64,000 bases of DNA from an uncultured bacterium (GCA_963825585.1 CAWGTX010000010.1:298554-362553), one strand, 5' to 3'. Shown: positions 49,172 to 59,283, counted from the first letter of the stretch. Notes: a model not told the origin generated them from the sequence alone. A program made the numbers and translations.

Positions 49172-51011
49172 ATGGAGGCTACCGAGGAACGGCCTAGTGT
49201 GGAACGGATGTCTGCTCCGCCTCAGGTCACCGAAACGCGCCACTCTGAACGGGTCGAAACCCGTCGTGGGATGGCGCTGATCGTGCGCCAACTGAAGCGG
49301 GCGCGGCGGGAGTTCTCGATCGGGGTGGCGGGGACCATGGTGTATGCCATCACCACGGTGGTCTCGTCGTATGTGATCGGTTGGATCACAGACTCGATCC
49401 TGCTTCCGGCGGTGGAGGAGGGTGAGGTGACCACTGCTGCGCTGGCGGCGGCCTCGGCGTGCGGTGATAGGGGTGGCAACGCTGCGTGGCGTCGGTATCG
49501 CGTTTCGCCGCATCGGGGCATACATGGCCCAGTACCGCCTCCAGGCCCGGGACCGCATCGACCTGACCGACCGGATGCTGGAACTACCAATCGAGTGGCA
49601 TCGACGGCACCCGACCGGGGAACTGCTGTCCAACGTGAACGCCGATGCCGAGGCGGCATCGTCGATCGCCGCTCCGCTCCCGATGGCGTTCGGGGTCATC
49701 GTGATGCTCGTCATCACCGGTGTCCTTCTCGTGCTCACCGACCCGTTCCTAGCAGTGGTGGGGTTCGCGGTCGGCCCTGCGATCGCCTTTTCGAACATCG
49801 CCTATCAGCGCCGGATGCGGGTGGTGGTGGCCGAAGCTCAACAGCTCCGGGCGGAAGTGTCCGAGATCGCCCACGAGTCCTTCGACGCCGCCCTCGTGGT
49901 GAAGACACTGGGGCGTGAAGACCTGGAGGTGGATCGCTTCGGGGCACGTTCCGAGGATCTGCGTGACCGGATGGTGGAGGTGGGTCGACTCCGTGCCGTG
50001 TTCGACCCGATCATGGAGGCGCTGCCCAATCTCGGGATCCTGGCGGTGCTGTACATCGGTGCTCTCCGCGTCCAGGAGGGCCTGCTCACGGCGGGGACGC
50101 TCGTGACGTTCGCCTACCTGTTCCGGCTGGTTGCGCTGCCGATGCGGGTGTTCGCCTGGCTGCTGGCCGACCTCCCGCGGGCGGTGGTCGGCTGGGACCG
50201 GATCAAGGCCGTGACCGGGGCACCCGAGCAGGTGCCCTACGGAGCCGACCGTCTATCGGCCGCCGGTGGCGCCAGGGCCGACGCCGAGCGGGTGGCCTAC
50301 CGCTACCCGGACTCCGACGAAGCCGACGCCCGTGGGGTCGAATCGGTAACCCTCGACGTCGAGCCGGGATCCACCGTTGCCCTGGTGGGGCCGACCGGGT
50401 CGGGCAAGAGCACGATCGCCCACCTGCTGGTTCGGTTGTTCGACCCCGACACCGGTCAGGTCCGGCTCGACGGTCGGGGACTGGTCGACCTGGACCGGGG
50501 CGAGATCGCCCGCACCACCGCCCTGGTGTTCCAGGAACCGTTCATGTTCGACGACACCGTGGAAGCCAACATCACCCTCGGGGAGAGTTTCTCGACCGAG
50601 GAGGTCGAAACGGCCGCCCGCCTGGCTCGCGCCAACGGGTTCATCGACGACCTTCCCCATGGCTACGCCACCGCCATCGGTGAGAGGGGAGCGACCCTGT
50701 CAGGTGGCCAGCGTCAGCGCATCGCCCTGGCCCGAGCCCTGGTCCGCCACCCGCGATTTCTCGTGTTGGATGACGCCACCTCGGCGGTCGATCCGTCGGT
50801 GGAAGGAGAGATCCTCGACGGTCTGGCAACTCTCGACACCACGGTGCTGATCGTGGCGTACCGGCGGTCGTCAATCCTGTTGGCCGACCGGGTGATCTTC
50901 GTCGACGACGGTCGCATCGTCGGACGCGGCACCCACGAGGAGTTGTACGAGACCATCCCGGCCTACGCCGCACTGATCGACGCCTACGAGCAGGAACAGG
51001 ACACGCCATGA
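49172..51011 (+). CDS. ABC exporter, fused permease-ATPase (heterodimer half 1); apparent frameshift at ~49460-49463; start uncertain (49172 or 49208)
   Basis: TM region …MALIVRQLKRARREFSIGVAGTMVYAITTVVSSYVIGW…TAALAAASA. In a +1-shifted frame it continues VIGVATLRGVGIAFRRIGAYMAQYRLQARDRIDLTDRMLELPIEWHRRHPTGEL…, then the NBD (GPTGSGKST, LSGGQRQR, LVLDDATSAVD). Confidence 0.75.
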
Positions 51012-51022
51012 CGGGGGATCGT

Positions 51023-51535
51023 TCAGCTCAGCTGTTGCGCCAGTTCGAGCACGCCGCCGCCGACCAGGCCCGACAGGAACGCCACGTAGGCGAGACGCAG
51101 CCATCGGTACTTGGACGACTCCAGATAGCTGCCCAGCTGGTGGATGTCCCGTGCCTGGGCGGCAAACAACCGGTCGGGGTCCTTGGACAGTTCGGACAAA
51201 GTGGTGATGAACTCATCCTCGGGCATGTGGGCGAACGACCCGAAGAACAGAAGGTTCATGCGGCCGTCCGGGCGCCTGCGGCGACCGAACTTGGGGACGA
51301 CTGCGAGCACCGCGAAGAACAGCCCGACCAGCACACCTGTCGCCAGCAGCGCCAGGCTCGGTCGGAATCCCTCCGTGGGCGAGAGAGCGACCGTCACCGA
51401 GAGCAGGATCGACGCGGCCGTGATGAGGATGTTCGCCTTCATGTCCGCCATGGCGCTCAGGTGCACGTGGTGCTGTTGTGTGGTCCGCAACATGTAGATG
51501 GCAGCCGTCATGTCGGCGTCTACGGGTTCGTTCAT
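51023..51535 (-). CDS. small (170 aa) 2-3-TM membrane protein of unknown function, inserted between the two ABC exporter genes on the opposite strand
   Basis: MNEPVDADMTAAIYMLRTTQQHHVHLSAMADMKANILITAASILLSVTVALSP…LALLATGVLVGLFFAVLAVVPKFGRRRRPDGRMNLLFFGSFAHMPEDEF…; RBS GGACGAGGAA before the ATG. Confidence 0.55.
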   Translation of the reverse strand: MNEPVDADMTAAIYMLRTTQQHHVHLSAMADMKANILITAASILLSVTVALSPTEGFRPSLALLATGVLVGLFFAVLAVVPKFGRRRRPDGRMNLLFFGSFAHMPEDEFITTLSELSKDPDRLFAAQARDIHQLGSYLESSKYRWLRLAYVAFLSGLVGGGVLELAQQLS

Positions 51536-51606
51536 CACATTCCTCGTCCGAGTTCCGGCACCGTACGTCCGCAGGGTGTCCGGCGGGTGAACGGGAGAGG
51601 GCCCGT

Positions 51607-53394
51607 ATGAGTCGGAGACCGGGCGCACTGACCACGATCAGGAAAGGCCTCGCTCTCTCTCCGGAGCTCCGACGTGGCCTGCCCCTGACGCTGGTGCTAG
51701 CCCTGGTGGCGACCGCTGGTCGGGTCATCGTGCCCGTGGCGGTCCAACAGGTCATCGACGGCGGACTCACCCAGAACGGCGTGGACATGGGTTTCGTCGG
51801 CCGCATGGTGCTGGCCGCCCTGGCAGCCGTTGCCGTGACCGCCGCATGCACGTCGTGGATGCACGTGAGACTCGCCAAGGTTTCGGAGACGGCGCTGTCG
51901 GGCTTGCGGGTGCGCGCCTTCCGCCACATCCACGACCTCTCGATGCTGCACCAGGCGTCGGAACAGCGGGGGGCACTGGTGGCCCGGGTCACCTCGGACG
52001 TCGACGAGATCAGCCGTTTCATGCAGTGGGCCGGACTGATGCTCATCACCAATGGTGGGCAGGCGCTGCTGTCGCTGGTGGTCATGCTGGTGTACTCGGT
52101 CCCGCTGGGGCTCGCAGTCTTGGTGATGCTGCCGGTGATCACGGCCACGATCCGCTGGTTCCAGCGCAGACTCGACGCTGCCTACCTGATCGTGCGTGAG
52201 CGGGTCGGGCGCATGCTGGCCGTGCTGGCGGAGGTGGTGGTGGGCGCACCGGTCATCCGGGCATATGGCGCCGAGGCCCGGACCCGGGAGCGACTGGGTG
52301 ACGCCATCGAGGGCCACCGGGAGGCTGGCGTGAAGGCGGGGGTGTTGTCTTCGGCCTTCTCGGGAACCGGCGAGCTGCTGTCGGCGATCGTGATCGCCGC
52401 CGTGCTGGTGGTGGGTACGGTGCTGGCGGTGGACGGCACCGTCACCGTGGGCACCGTGGTTGCGTTCCTGTTCCTGGCGCAGCTCTTCGTGCAGCCGGTC
52501 CAGATGCTCGGTGAGGCCGTCAACGAGGCACAGACCGCTGCCGCCGGGTGGCGACGGGTGCTGGACATTCTCGACATCGCGCCGGACGTGTCGGATCCGG
52601 GGCCCGATGGCGTCGATCTGCCCCATCACCCACTCGGTGTCAGGTTCGAGGCAGTGAGCTTCGGTTATCCAAGAGCAGGGGAGACGGTTCCGGCTCCGTT
52701 CGCCCTGGCGGGCGTCGACGTCGAGATCGAACCACACACGAATGTGGCGGTGGTCGGCGAGACCGGCTCGGGCAAGACGACGTTCGCCAAATTGCTGACC
52801 CGGCTGATGGACCCGACCACTGGAACGGTGTCGATCGGCGGGGTCGACCTGCGCACGGTCCGATTCCGATCGCTGCGAGATCGGGTGGTGATGGTCCCCC
52901 AGGAGGGCATGTTGTTCCGCGGCAGCATCGCCGACAATGTGAGAATGGGCCGACCCGAGGCCACCGACGCCGAGTTGCTGATCGCCTTCCATGAGCTCGG
53001 TTTGGCAGACTGGTTGTCGGAGCTCAGCGTCGGGCTGGCGACCGATGTGGGCGAGCGAGGTGGCGCGCTCTCGGTGGGTGAGCGCCAGCTGGTGACTCTG
53101 GTGCGAGCCGCCATCGCCGACCCCGAGGTCCTGGTGCTCGACGAAGCCACCTCCTCGGTGGACCCGGCCACCGAGGTCCGGATCGGACAGGCGCTGGGAC
53201 GTCTCCGGTCGGGTCGGACGGTCATCACGATCGCACACCGACTGTCGACCGCCGAGGCTGCCGATCGGATCCTCGTCTTCGACCGCGGCCGGCTGGTGGA
53301 GGACGGGCGCCACGAGCACCTGATCCGGTCCGGCGGCGTGTATGCCGGGCTCCATGCCTCGTGGCAACGTGGGACCTCGACTCTGGCAGGGTGA
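51607..53394 (+). CDS. ABC exporter, fused permease-ATPase (heterodimer half 2)
   Basis: MSRRPGALTTIRKGLALSPELRRGLPLTLVLALVATAGRVIVP… with six TM helices, then the NBD (GETGSGKTT, LSVGERQL, LVLDEATSSVD); RBS GGGAGAGG. Confidence 0.85.
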   Translation: MSRRPGALTTIRKGLALSPELRRGLPLTLVLALVATAGRVIVPVAVQQVIDGGLTQNGVDMGFVGRMVLAALAAVAVTAACTSWMHVRLAKVSETALSGLRVRAFRHIHDLSMLHQASEQRGALVARVTSDVDEISRFMQWAGLMLITNGGQALLSLVVMLVYSVPLGLAVLVMLPVITATIRWFQRRLDAAYLIVRERVGRMLAVLAEVVVGAPVIRAYGAEARTRERLGDAIEGHREAGVKAGVLSSAFSGTGELLSAIVIAAVLVVGTVLAVDGTVTVGTVVAFLFLAQLFVQPVQMLGEAVNEAQTAAAGWRRVLDILDIAPDVSDPGPDGVDLPHHPLGVRFEAVSFGYPRAGETVPAPFALAGVDVEIEPHTNVAVVGETGSGKTTFAKLLTRLMDPTTGTVSIGGVDLRTVRFRSLRDRVVMVPQEGMLFRGSIADNVRMGRPEATDAELLIAFHELGLADWLSELSVGLATDVGERGGALSVGERQLVTLVRAAIADPEVLVLDEATSSVDPATEVRIGQALGRLRSGRTVITIAHRLSTAEAADRILVFDRGRLVEDGRHEHLIRSGGVYAGLHASWQRGTSTLAG

Positions 53395-53520
53395 CGTCTT
53401 CAAACGTGCGGATGGCCGATGGGGCCATGGCCAACGCCGGCGCAGGCGGCTACCTTGCGTCACAGCCGGTGAGTCGGACCACCGACGTTTGCCGCCGGCG
53501 ACGGCGTAGACGGAGGAACC

Positions 53521-55143
53521 ATGGCGAGGGGATCGGCGCGGCTGACCGCCTTTCGTCGCGTCGGCGAGGATCGGGACCTTCGCCGGGCGCTGGCCGGGTT
53601 CACCGTCTTTTCGATCTCGGAGTTCGGCACCTGGGTCACCGTGCTCGTGTACGCCTACTCGGTGGGCGACGCCACCACCGTCGGCACGGTGGCCGTGGCA
53701 CAACTCGTCCCCGCCGCCGTGCTCGCCCCGTTCCTGGCCACCCGACTCGAGCGCATGACCCGGGCGACGGCGGCGATCGTCGCCTACGGTTCGCAAGCGG
53801 TGGCACTCGCTGCCACCGCCGTGTCGATGGGTTTGGGAGCCCCCCCGGTCCTGACCTTCGGGTTGGCCATCGTGGCCAACATCACGGTTGCGATGGGACG
53901 ACCGGCTCACAACAGTCTCGTCCCCGAACTGGTGGACGACCCCGCCCATCTGACCGCCGCCAACGTGGTGACCTCGGCCGCCGAGAACACCGGTGTCTTC
54001 ATCGGTCCCGCCGTAGCCGGTGCCGTGATGGCCGTCGGCACACCCGCCATGGCGCTGGCGGTCCTGGCCGGCATCCTCGCGGCCGGGACGCTGGCGCTGG
54101 TGTCCGTGCCGCGGGTTCGGAGGCAGTCGATGACCGAACCTCGCGATCGTTCGGCAGGCGGAGCCCGGGCGCACCTGCTTCGGCACCGCTCCGCCGTACC
54201 GTTCCTCCTGATCGGCGGGGCACAACAGGTCGCCATCGGCGCATTGGACGTCTTGATCGTGCTGCTCGCCGTATCCGAGTTGGGGGTCGGCGACGCCGGG
54301 GCGGCCTACCTCAACGCTGCGCTGGGATTGGGCGGCGTGCTCGGAGGGCTGCTGGCGGCCTCGATGGTGGGACGCAGCCGACTCACCCCCACCTTGCTGG
54401 TGGGTGTGGCGCTCCGGTCGACATCGCTGATCCTGATCGGTGTGCTCCCCGCTGCCGCCCTGTTCCTGGCCGGTGCCGGCATCGGATACAGCGTCGTGGA
54501 TGTCGCCAACCGAACCCTGCTGCAACGGACCGTCCCGGTCGATTCGATGGCATCGGTGTTCGGGCTGCTCGAGTCGACGTCGATGGCCGCGCTGGCGATC
54601 GGGTCGATCCTCGCTCCGCTGCTCGCCTCGGCGGTGGGAATCACCAATGCCTTCGCCGTCATGGGCGTGATCACCCCCTCGGTCCTCGCCCTCATCTGGC
54701 GACCACTGCGACGGGCGGAGGCCGGCGCCACCGTGGCGATCGAAGCGCTCGACACGCTCACGTCGGTCGACATGTTCGCCGCTCTGCAGCCCGCCGTTCA
54801 GGAGGCCTTGGCGAGGGAGGCCGGATTCGTGGACGCCGGCGCCGGCGAAGCGGTCGTGACGGAGGGCGAAACCGGCGACCGGATGTTCGTGATCGCTGCC
54901 GGCAGCGTGGCGGTGACGCGCCAGGGGACCCGGGTGGCGACGCTTGGGCCCGGCGACCTGTTCGGTGAGATCGCCCTGCTGGCGAACCGCCCCCGGATCG
55001 CAACGGTCACACCGCTCGAAACGTGCAGGCTTCTCACCCTGGATCGCCTCGGCTTCTTCAACGCGATGGCGACCGATCCCGTGACCCATGCCGCATTCGA
55101 GGAGCTGGCGAGGCTGCGCACCAGGGAGACCTTGGGGGAGTGA
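53521..55143 (+). CDS. MFS transporter fused to a C-terminal cyclic-nucleotide-binding (cNMP) domain
   Basis: 12 TM helices, then …FVIAAGSVAVTRQGTRVATLGPGDLFGEIALLANRPRIATVTPLETCRLL… (a CAP-family cNMP-binding signature). Confidence 0.8.
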   Translation: MARGSARLTAFRRVGEDRDLRRALAGFTVFSISEFGTWVTVLVYAYSVGDATTVGTVAVAQLVPAAVLAPFLATRLERMTRATAAIVAYGSQAVALAATAVSMGLGAPPVLTFGLAIVANITVAMGRPAHNSLVPELVDDPAHLTAANVVTSAAENTGVFIGPAVAGAVMAVGTPAMALAVLAGILAAGTLALVSVPRVRRQSMTEPRDRSAGGARAHLLRHRSAVPFLLIGGAQQVAIGALDVLIVLLAVSELGVGDAGAAYLNAALGLGGVLGGLLAASMVGRSRLTPTLLVGVALRSTSLILIGVLPAAALFLAGAGIGYSVVDVANRTLLQRTVPVDSMASVFGLLESTSMAALAIGSILAPLLASAVGITNAFAVMGVITPSVLALIWRPLRRAEAGATVAIEALDTLTSVDMFAALQPAVQEALAREAGFVDAGAGEAVVTEGETGDRMFVIAAGSVAVTRQGTRVATLGPGDLFGEIALLANRPRIATVTPLETCRLLTLDRLGFFNAMATDPVTHAAFEELARLRTRETLGE

Positions 55144-55172
55144 TCCCGTAACCTGGCCGACGTGAGGAAGCC

Positions 55173-55322
55173 GTGACCGACTGCGACAACCGTGGTGCCG
55201 GTGCCGCCCCAGATGCCCGATTCTGCAGCCGGTGTGGAACTCCCCTACTCGCCGCGACGCCGCAACAGAGTTCGCCGGGCTCCTTCGTCACCGCGGCGAG
55301 GCCCTGGCAGCCGACACGCTGA
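55173..55322 (+). CDS. speculative small ORF with a degenerate zinc-ribbon motif
   Basis: VTDCDNRGAGAAPDARFCSRCGTPLLAATPQQ…; GTG start with a closely spaced GAGGAAG; only three Cys residues. Confidence 0.15.
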   Translation: MTDCDNRGAGAAPDARFCSRCGTPLLAATPQQSSPGSFVTAARPWQPTR

Positions 55323-55494
55323 TCGAGCGGATCCGGTCATAGACCCTCGAACAGCCCCACTGATCGGTACCAAGGCGACCTCTGACACCGGCAGCGTTGT
55401 CGACGCGGCATCGATGGGACCAGATCTGGCTTTGGGCCCTGGTTGTGCGTCGTACTCATCCGTAGGTTGCTGTCATCAGTTCGAGAGGGTCCAC

Positions 55495-56796
55495 ATGCAG
55501 GGTCGACGTTCCACCGTGGTGCTGGGAGCGGTCATCATCCAGCTGTGCCTGGGAGCGATCTACGCCTGGTCGGTGTTCACCCCCGCGCTGCAGGCAGCCG
55601 GCTGGACCAGGACCGAGACGCAGGTGGTGTTCTCTGTTGGCCTGGCGACGTTCGCAACCGTGATGGTGCTGGCCGGTCGACGCCTGACGACGTGGGGGCC
55701 GCGACGTTTGGCGGTGGCGGGGGGCCTCACACTCGGAGCCGGATACGCCCTGGCCGGGCTGTCGGGTGGGACGGGGCTGGGGCCGGTCCTCATCGGTGTG
55801 GGACTGATCGGCGGAGCCGGGATCGGCCTCGCCTATGTGGTTCCGATCGCAGTGGGGATGCGGTGGTTCCCCGACCACAAGGGCCTCATCACCGGAGCGG
55901 CGGTCGCAGGCTTCGGCTTCGGGGCGCTCGGCTGGGTGAAGCTGGCCGGTGAGTGGGGCCATCTGATCGACGACTACGGGCTCGGCACCACCTTCATCGT
56001 TTACGGGGCGCTGTTCGCAGTGCTGGTGCTGGCGGGAAGCACAGTGATGCGGATGCCGCCCTCGGGATGGTCGCCGGAGGGTTTCGTGCCGCCGGCCACC
56101 ACCGCCGGGTCCGGCGGCGAGGAGTTCGAACCGAGAGAGATGCTGCGGACACCGCAGTTCCATCTCATCTCCATCACCTTCGCGGTGAGTGCAGGGGCGG
56201 GCCTCATGTCGATCGGGCTCATGAAGCTCTACCCGATCGAGGCCCTCACCTCACAGGGTGTCGACCCAGTGCGGGCCAGTGCCGTCGCCGGGACCGCGAT
56301 GGCGGTCTTCTTCAGCCTGGCCAACGGAGTCGGCCGGCTGGCGTGGGGTGCACTGAGCGACCGGCTCGGACGCAAGCGCTCCGTGGTGACGATGGCGGCC
56401 AGCCAGGCGGTCGTTCTGTTCGCCTTCACCTTCATGGCCGGCAACGAGTATCTGTTGTACCTCGGCGCCACCCTCATCGGGTTCAACTTCGGCGGCAACT
56501 TCGCCCTCTTCCCGGCCCTCACCGCCGACGAGTTCGGCAACAGGGCCGTCGGCCTCAACTACCCGTGGGTGTTCCTGTCCTACGGAGCCGGCGGCATCGT
56601 GTTCCCCATCCTGGGAGGGTGGCTCGGTGACCTGGGCAACTTCCCGCTGGCGTTCACCATCTGTTCGGTGGCGTGCCTGCTCGGGGCGGTGGCATCCTTC
56701 CTGGTGTTCCCTCCGCACCACGACCAGGCGACCCAATCCTTCAGCGTGCACGGGTTCCTGCACAACGCCCATCTGTTCGAGCACACCGACGCCTGA
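55495..56796 (+). CDS. MFS transporter, oxalate/formate antiporter (OFA) family
   Basis: MQGRRSTVVLGAVIIQLCLGAIYAWSVFTPAL… is a typical OFA N-terminus; 12 TM helices; ATG at 55495. Confidence 0.85.
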   Translation: MQGRRSTVVLGAVIIQLCLGAIYAWSVFTPALQAAGWTRTETQVVFSVGLATFATVMVLAGRRLTTWGPRRLAVAGGLTLGAGYALAGLSGGTGLGPVLIGVGLIGGAGIGLAYVVPIAVGMRWFPDHKGLITGAAVAGFGFGALGWVKLAGEWGHLIDDYGLGTTFIVYGALFAVLVLAGSTVMRMPPSGWSPEGFVPPATTAGSGGEEFEPREMLRTPQFHLISITFAVSAGAGLMSIGLMKLYPIEALTSQGVDPVRASAVAGTAMAVFFSLANGVGRLAWGALSDRLGRKRSVVTMAASQAVVLFAFTFMAGNEYLLYLGATLIGFNFGGNFALFPALTADEFGNRAVGLNYPWVFLSYGAGGIVFPILGGWLGDLGNFPLAFTICSVACLLGAVASFLVFPPHHDQATQSFSVHGFLHNAHLFEHTDA

Positions 56797-56844
56797 GCGC
56801 GTCAGCAGGTCGACGGGCCCCGGGAGGTCCCGACCGGAGTGGCG

Positions 56845-57231
56845 TCACTCGCCGGAGGGTTCGAGATCCACCACGATGATGCCGACGTTGGGCTGATCTT
56901 GCCGCGCGTTGAGGGTCGGCCGTGCCTGCTTGATGTCCACCCAGGCCGCCCGCCGCTCATCGTCCGAAGCCAACCGTGCCGTGGCCTGCCAGGATCGGCG
57001 GGGATACCCGATGAGCTTCACGGTGGCGGTGCCTGCCGCGAGCAGTTCCTGCGCCCACACCGGCATCTCCGGATCGGAGACCGAACCAACCGCCAGGAAC
57101 ACCCGCTTGTGGCGCGGTGGCAAGTCGGTGTCCGGGAAGTCGGCATAGACCACGCCCTCCCAGTTCCGCAGCCCATAGGGGGTCTCAACCGACAGGTCCA
57201 TGGTGACCGGCCGGAACATACCGATGCTCAT
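56845..57231 (-). CDS. hypothetical protein (128 aa), possibly a DDN/PNPOx-like split-barrel protein
   Basis: MSIGMFRPVTMDLSVETPYGLRNWEGVVYADF…ATARLASDDERRAAWVDIKQARPTLNARQDQPNVGIIVVDLEPSGE; RBS GAAGGAGGG 4 nt upstream. The track ORF N-terminus to 57447 is Arg/Gly junk. Confidence 0.5.
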   Translation of the reverse strand: MSIGMFRPVTMDLSVETPYGLRNWEGVVYADFPDTDLPPRHKRVFLAVGSVSDPEMPVWAQELLAAGTATVKLIGYPRRSWQATARLASDDERRAAWVDIKQARPTLNARQDQPNVGIIVVDLEPSGE

Positions 57232-57545
57232 CGACCCTCCTTCGACTCCGACAGCATACCGGGCAGTGCCGATCACCATGCAGCCCCGGCCACCGCAGAC
57301 GCACGAGCCGGCGATCCGGGGACTGCGAGACGGCGTCGCCACCACCCCAGCACAATCGTGGCTCCCAGCGGGCCATCCGCCGCCCGATGACGGGGCACGC
57401 CGGAAGGGCGTCCTTGAACACAATCGGAGGCGGCCTCGTGCAGGCACGCAGGGGGTATCCGGTCCAGCTCAACGGGGCGGGGCGTTCTCCTCTTGCGCCG
57501 GTTCGAATCCGGCGCGACCTTGGAATCGGGATTGGTGAAGCTGGC

Positions 57546-58460
57546 ATGGTTGCAGTGATCGAAGCCCGAGACCTGCGGAGAACCTACGGCGACGTCGTCG
57601 CCGTGGATGGAGTCACGTTCGAGGTGGAAGAAGGGGAGGTATTCGGGCTCGTCGGCCCCAACGGTGCGGGAAAAACCACGACCGTCGAGTGCGTGGAGGG
57701 TCTGCGTCGGCCGACCTCGGGCGCTGTCCGGTTGTTGGGTATCGACCCCTTCGCAGAGCGGCGGGAGGTTGCCGAGAGGATCGGCGTGCAGTTGCAGGCG
57801 AGCGCCCTACCGGCCCGAATCCACGTCGAGGAGGTCCTGGCACTGTTTGGGTCCTTCTATCGACGCTCTGTCGGAGTCGATGATCTCCTGGACCTTCTGG
57901 CACTCACGGACAAACGCACAGCTGCATTCGCCAGCCTCTCGGGCGGACAGAAACAGCGCCTACTCATAGCTCTGGCTCTGGTCAACCAACCTGAGGTGGT
58001 GTTCTTCGACGAACTGACGACGGGACTCGACCCCCAGGCGAGACGGTCGATGTGGGACTTGGTGCGAACGATCCGTGGTCGCGGCTGCACCGTGGTTCTC
58101 ACCACCCACTACATGGAGGAAGCCGAACGGCTGTGTGACCGGGTGATGATCGTGGATCGGGGTCGAGTTGTTGCGTTGGACACACCCGAGGCTCTGATCG
58201 GCGCGCTCGCGGGCGAGAGACGAATCGTGGTGAACCTCGCGGACGGACAGGACACTGGAGACATGCCGAAGCTGTCAGCCGTCGGCAGGATCGAACGCAG
58301 CGACGGATCTCTGATCGTGTACGGCCACGGCGAGCGTTTCGCCAGTTCGGTCGTCGGAGCCTTGGAAGACGAAGGAGTGTCGTTCGTCGATCTCCGAACG
58401 GAGCAACCGAACCTCGAGGACGTGTTCCTGTCGTTGACCGGCCAAGGGAAGAGGAAATGA
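57546..58460 (+). CDS. ABC transporter ATP-binding protein (ABC-2 type)
   Basis: [30 protein letters not shown]; start MVAVIEARDLRRTYG at 57546. Confidence 0.9.
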   Translation: MVAVIEARDLRRTYGDVVAVDGVTFEVEEGEVFGLVGPNGAGKTTTVECVEGLRRPTSGAVRLLGIDPFAERREVAERIGVQLQASALPARIHVEEVLALFGSFYRRSVGVDDLLDLLALTDKRTAAFASLSGGQKQRLLIALALVNQPEVVFFDELTTGLDPQARRSMWDLVRTIRGRGCTVVLTTHYMEEAERLCDRVMIVDRGRVVALDTPEALIGALAGERRIVVNLADGQDTGDMPKLSAVGRIERSDGSLIVYGHGERFASSVVGALEDEGVSFVDLRTEQPNLEDVFLSLTGQGKRK

Positions 58461-59257
58461 CTGATCGCCTTCCGATGGAGGAAACGGCCGAGGTCGATCG
58501 TGGCAGTACGGTGGTTCGAGGGTTTGCGTCGCTCCTCCTCGTCAATCTCAAGCTGTATGTTCGAGAGCCGATCGGGGCGTTCTTCACGCTGGCGTTCCCC
58601 GTGATGCTCGTTCTCATCTTCGGGGCGATCTACGGGAATGAGCCGCAAGACCTCTTCGAGGGGTACGGCTCCATGGACGTTTCGATGCCCGCATACACAG
58701 CCCTCATTCTCGGTTCGGTCGGACTCCTCGGAGTGGCGATCACCACGAGCAGCTACCGCGAGGCGGGCATTCTCAGGCGCTTCCGGATGACCCCCCTACG
58801 ACCACTCGTCTACATCGCCGCTGACGTGATAGCCAATCTCATCATGACGTTGGTGGGAATGGCAGCGGTGCTGCTGGTGGGATGGCTCTTCTATCGGGTG
58901 CGATTCGAGGGTGAGGCCACCAGCGTGGTCCCTGCCGTCATCTTGTCGGGAACCGCCATGTTCTCAGTTGGATACCTGATAGCCGGGATCGCGCCGAACG
59001 CCAGGGCCGCCCAGGTGATGGGGATGGTCGTGCTCTACCCGATGTTGTTCCTCTCGGGGGCAGGGATGCCTCTGGAGATACTGCCCGAGTCCGTCAGAAC
59101 CATCTCGGACTTCCTTCCCCTGACCTACGTGGTGCGCCTGCTCCGAGGGCTGTGGTTTGGTGAATCGTGGGGATCGCTTCTGTTCGAGACCGGCGTTCTG
59201 GTCGGGATACTGGTGGTCTGCACCGCCATCGCCGTCCGCCTGTTCCGGTGGGAATGA
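58457..59257 (+). CDS. ABC-2 type transporter permease
   Basis: 266 aa with six TM helices; overlaps the ATPase stop. Confidence 0.85.
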   Translation: MTDRLPMEETAEVDRGSTVVRGFASLLLVNLKLYVREPIGAFFTLAFPVMLVLIFGAIYGNEPQDLFEGYGSMDVSMPAYTALILGSVGLLGVAITTSSYREAGILRRFRMTPLRPLVYIAADVIANLIMTLVGMAAVLLVGWLFYRVRFEGEATSVVPAVILSGTAMFSVGYLIAGIAPNARAAQVMGMVVLYPMLFLSGAGMPLEILPESVRTISDFLPLTYVVRLLRGLWFGESWGSLLFETGVLVGILVVCTAIAVRLFRWE

Positions 59258-59283
59258 TCGCCTGCGCCGACCGTGAGTCGGCG

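Noticed and set aside
51697-55089. 1130-aa minus-strand ORF
   Set aside because: Arg/Gly/His-rich alternative-frame artefact of high-GC DNA. It overlaps two well-supported plus-strand genes (the ABC exporter and the MFS-cNMP fusion).
57480-57525. Possible tRNA, because of the GGTTCGAATCC T-loop consensus
   Set aside because: Only the T-arm is present. No complementary acceptor 5' strand (AGGTCGC-like), D-arm or anticodon arm can be found within 90 nt on either strand, so it is treated as a hairpin, not a tRNA.
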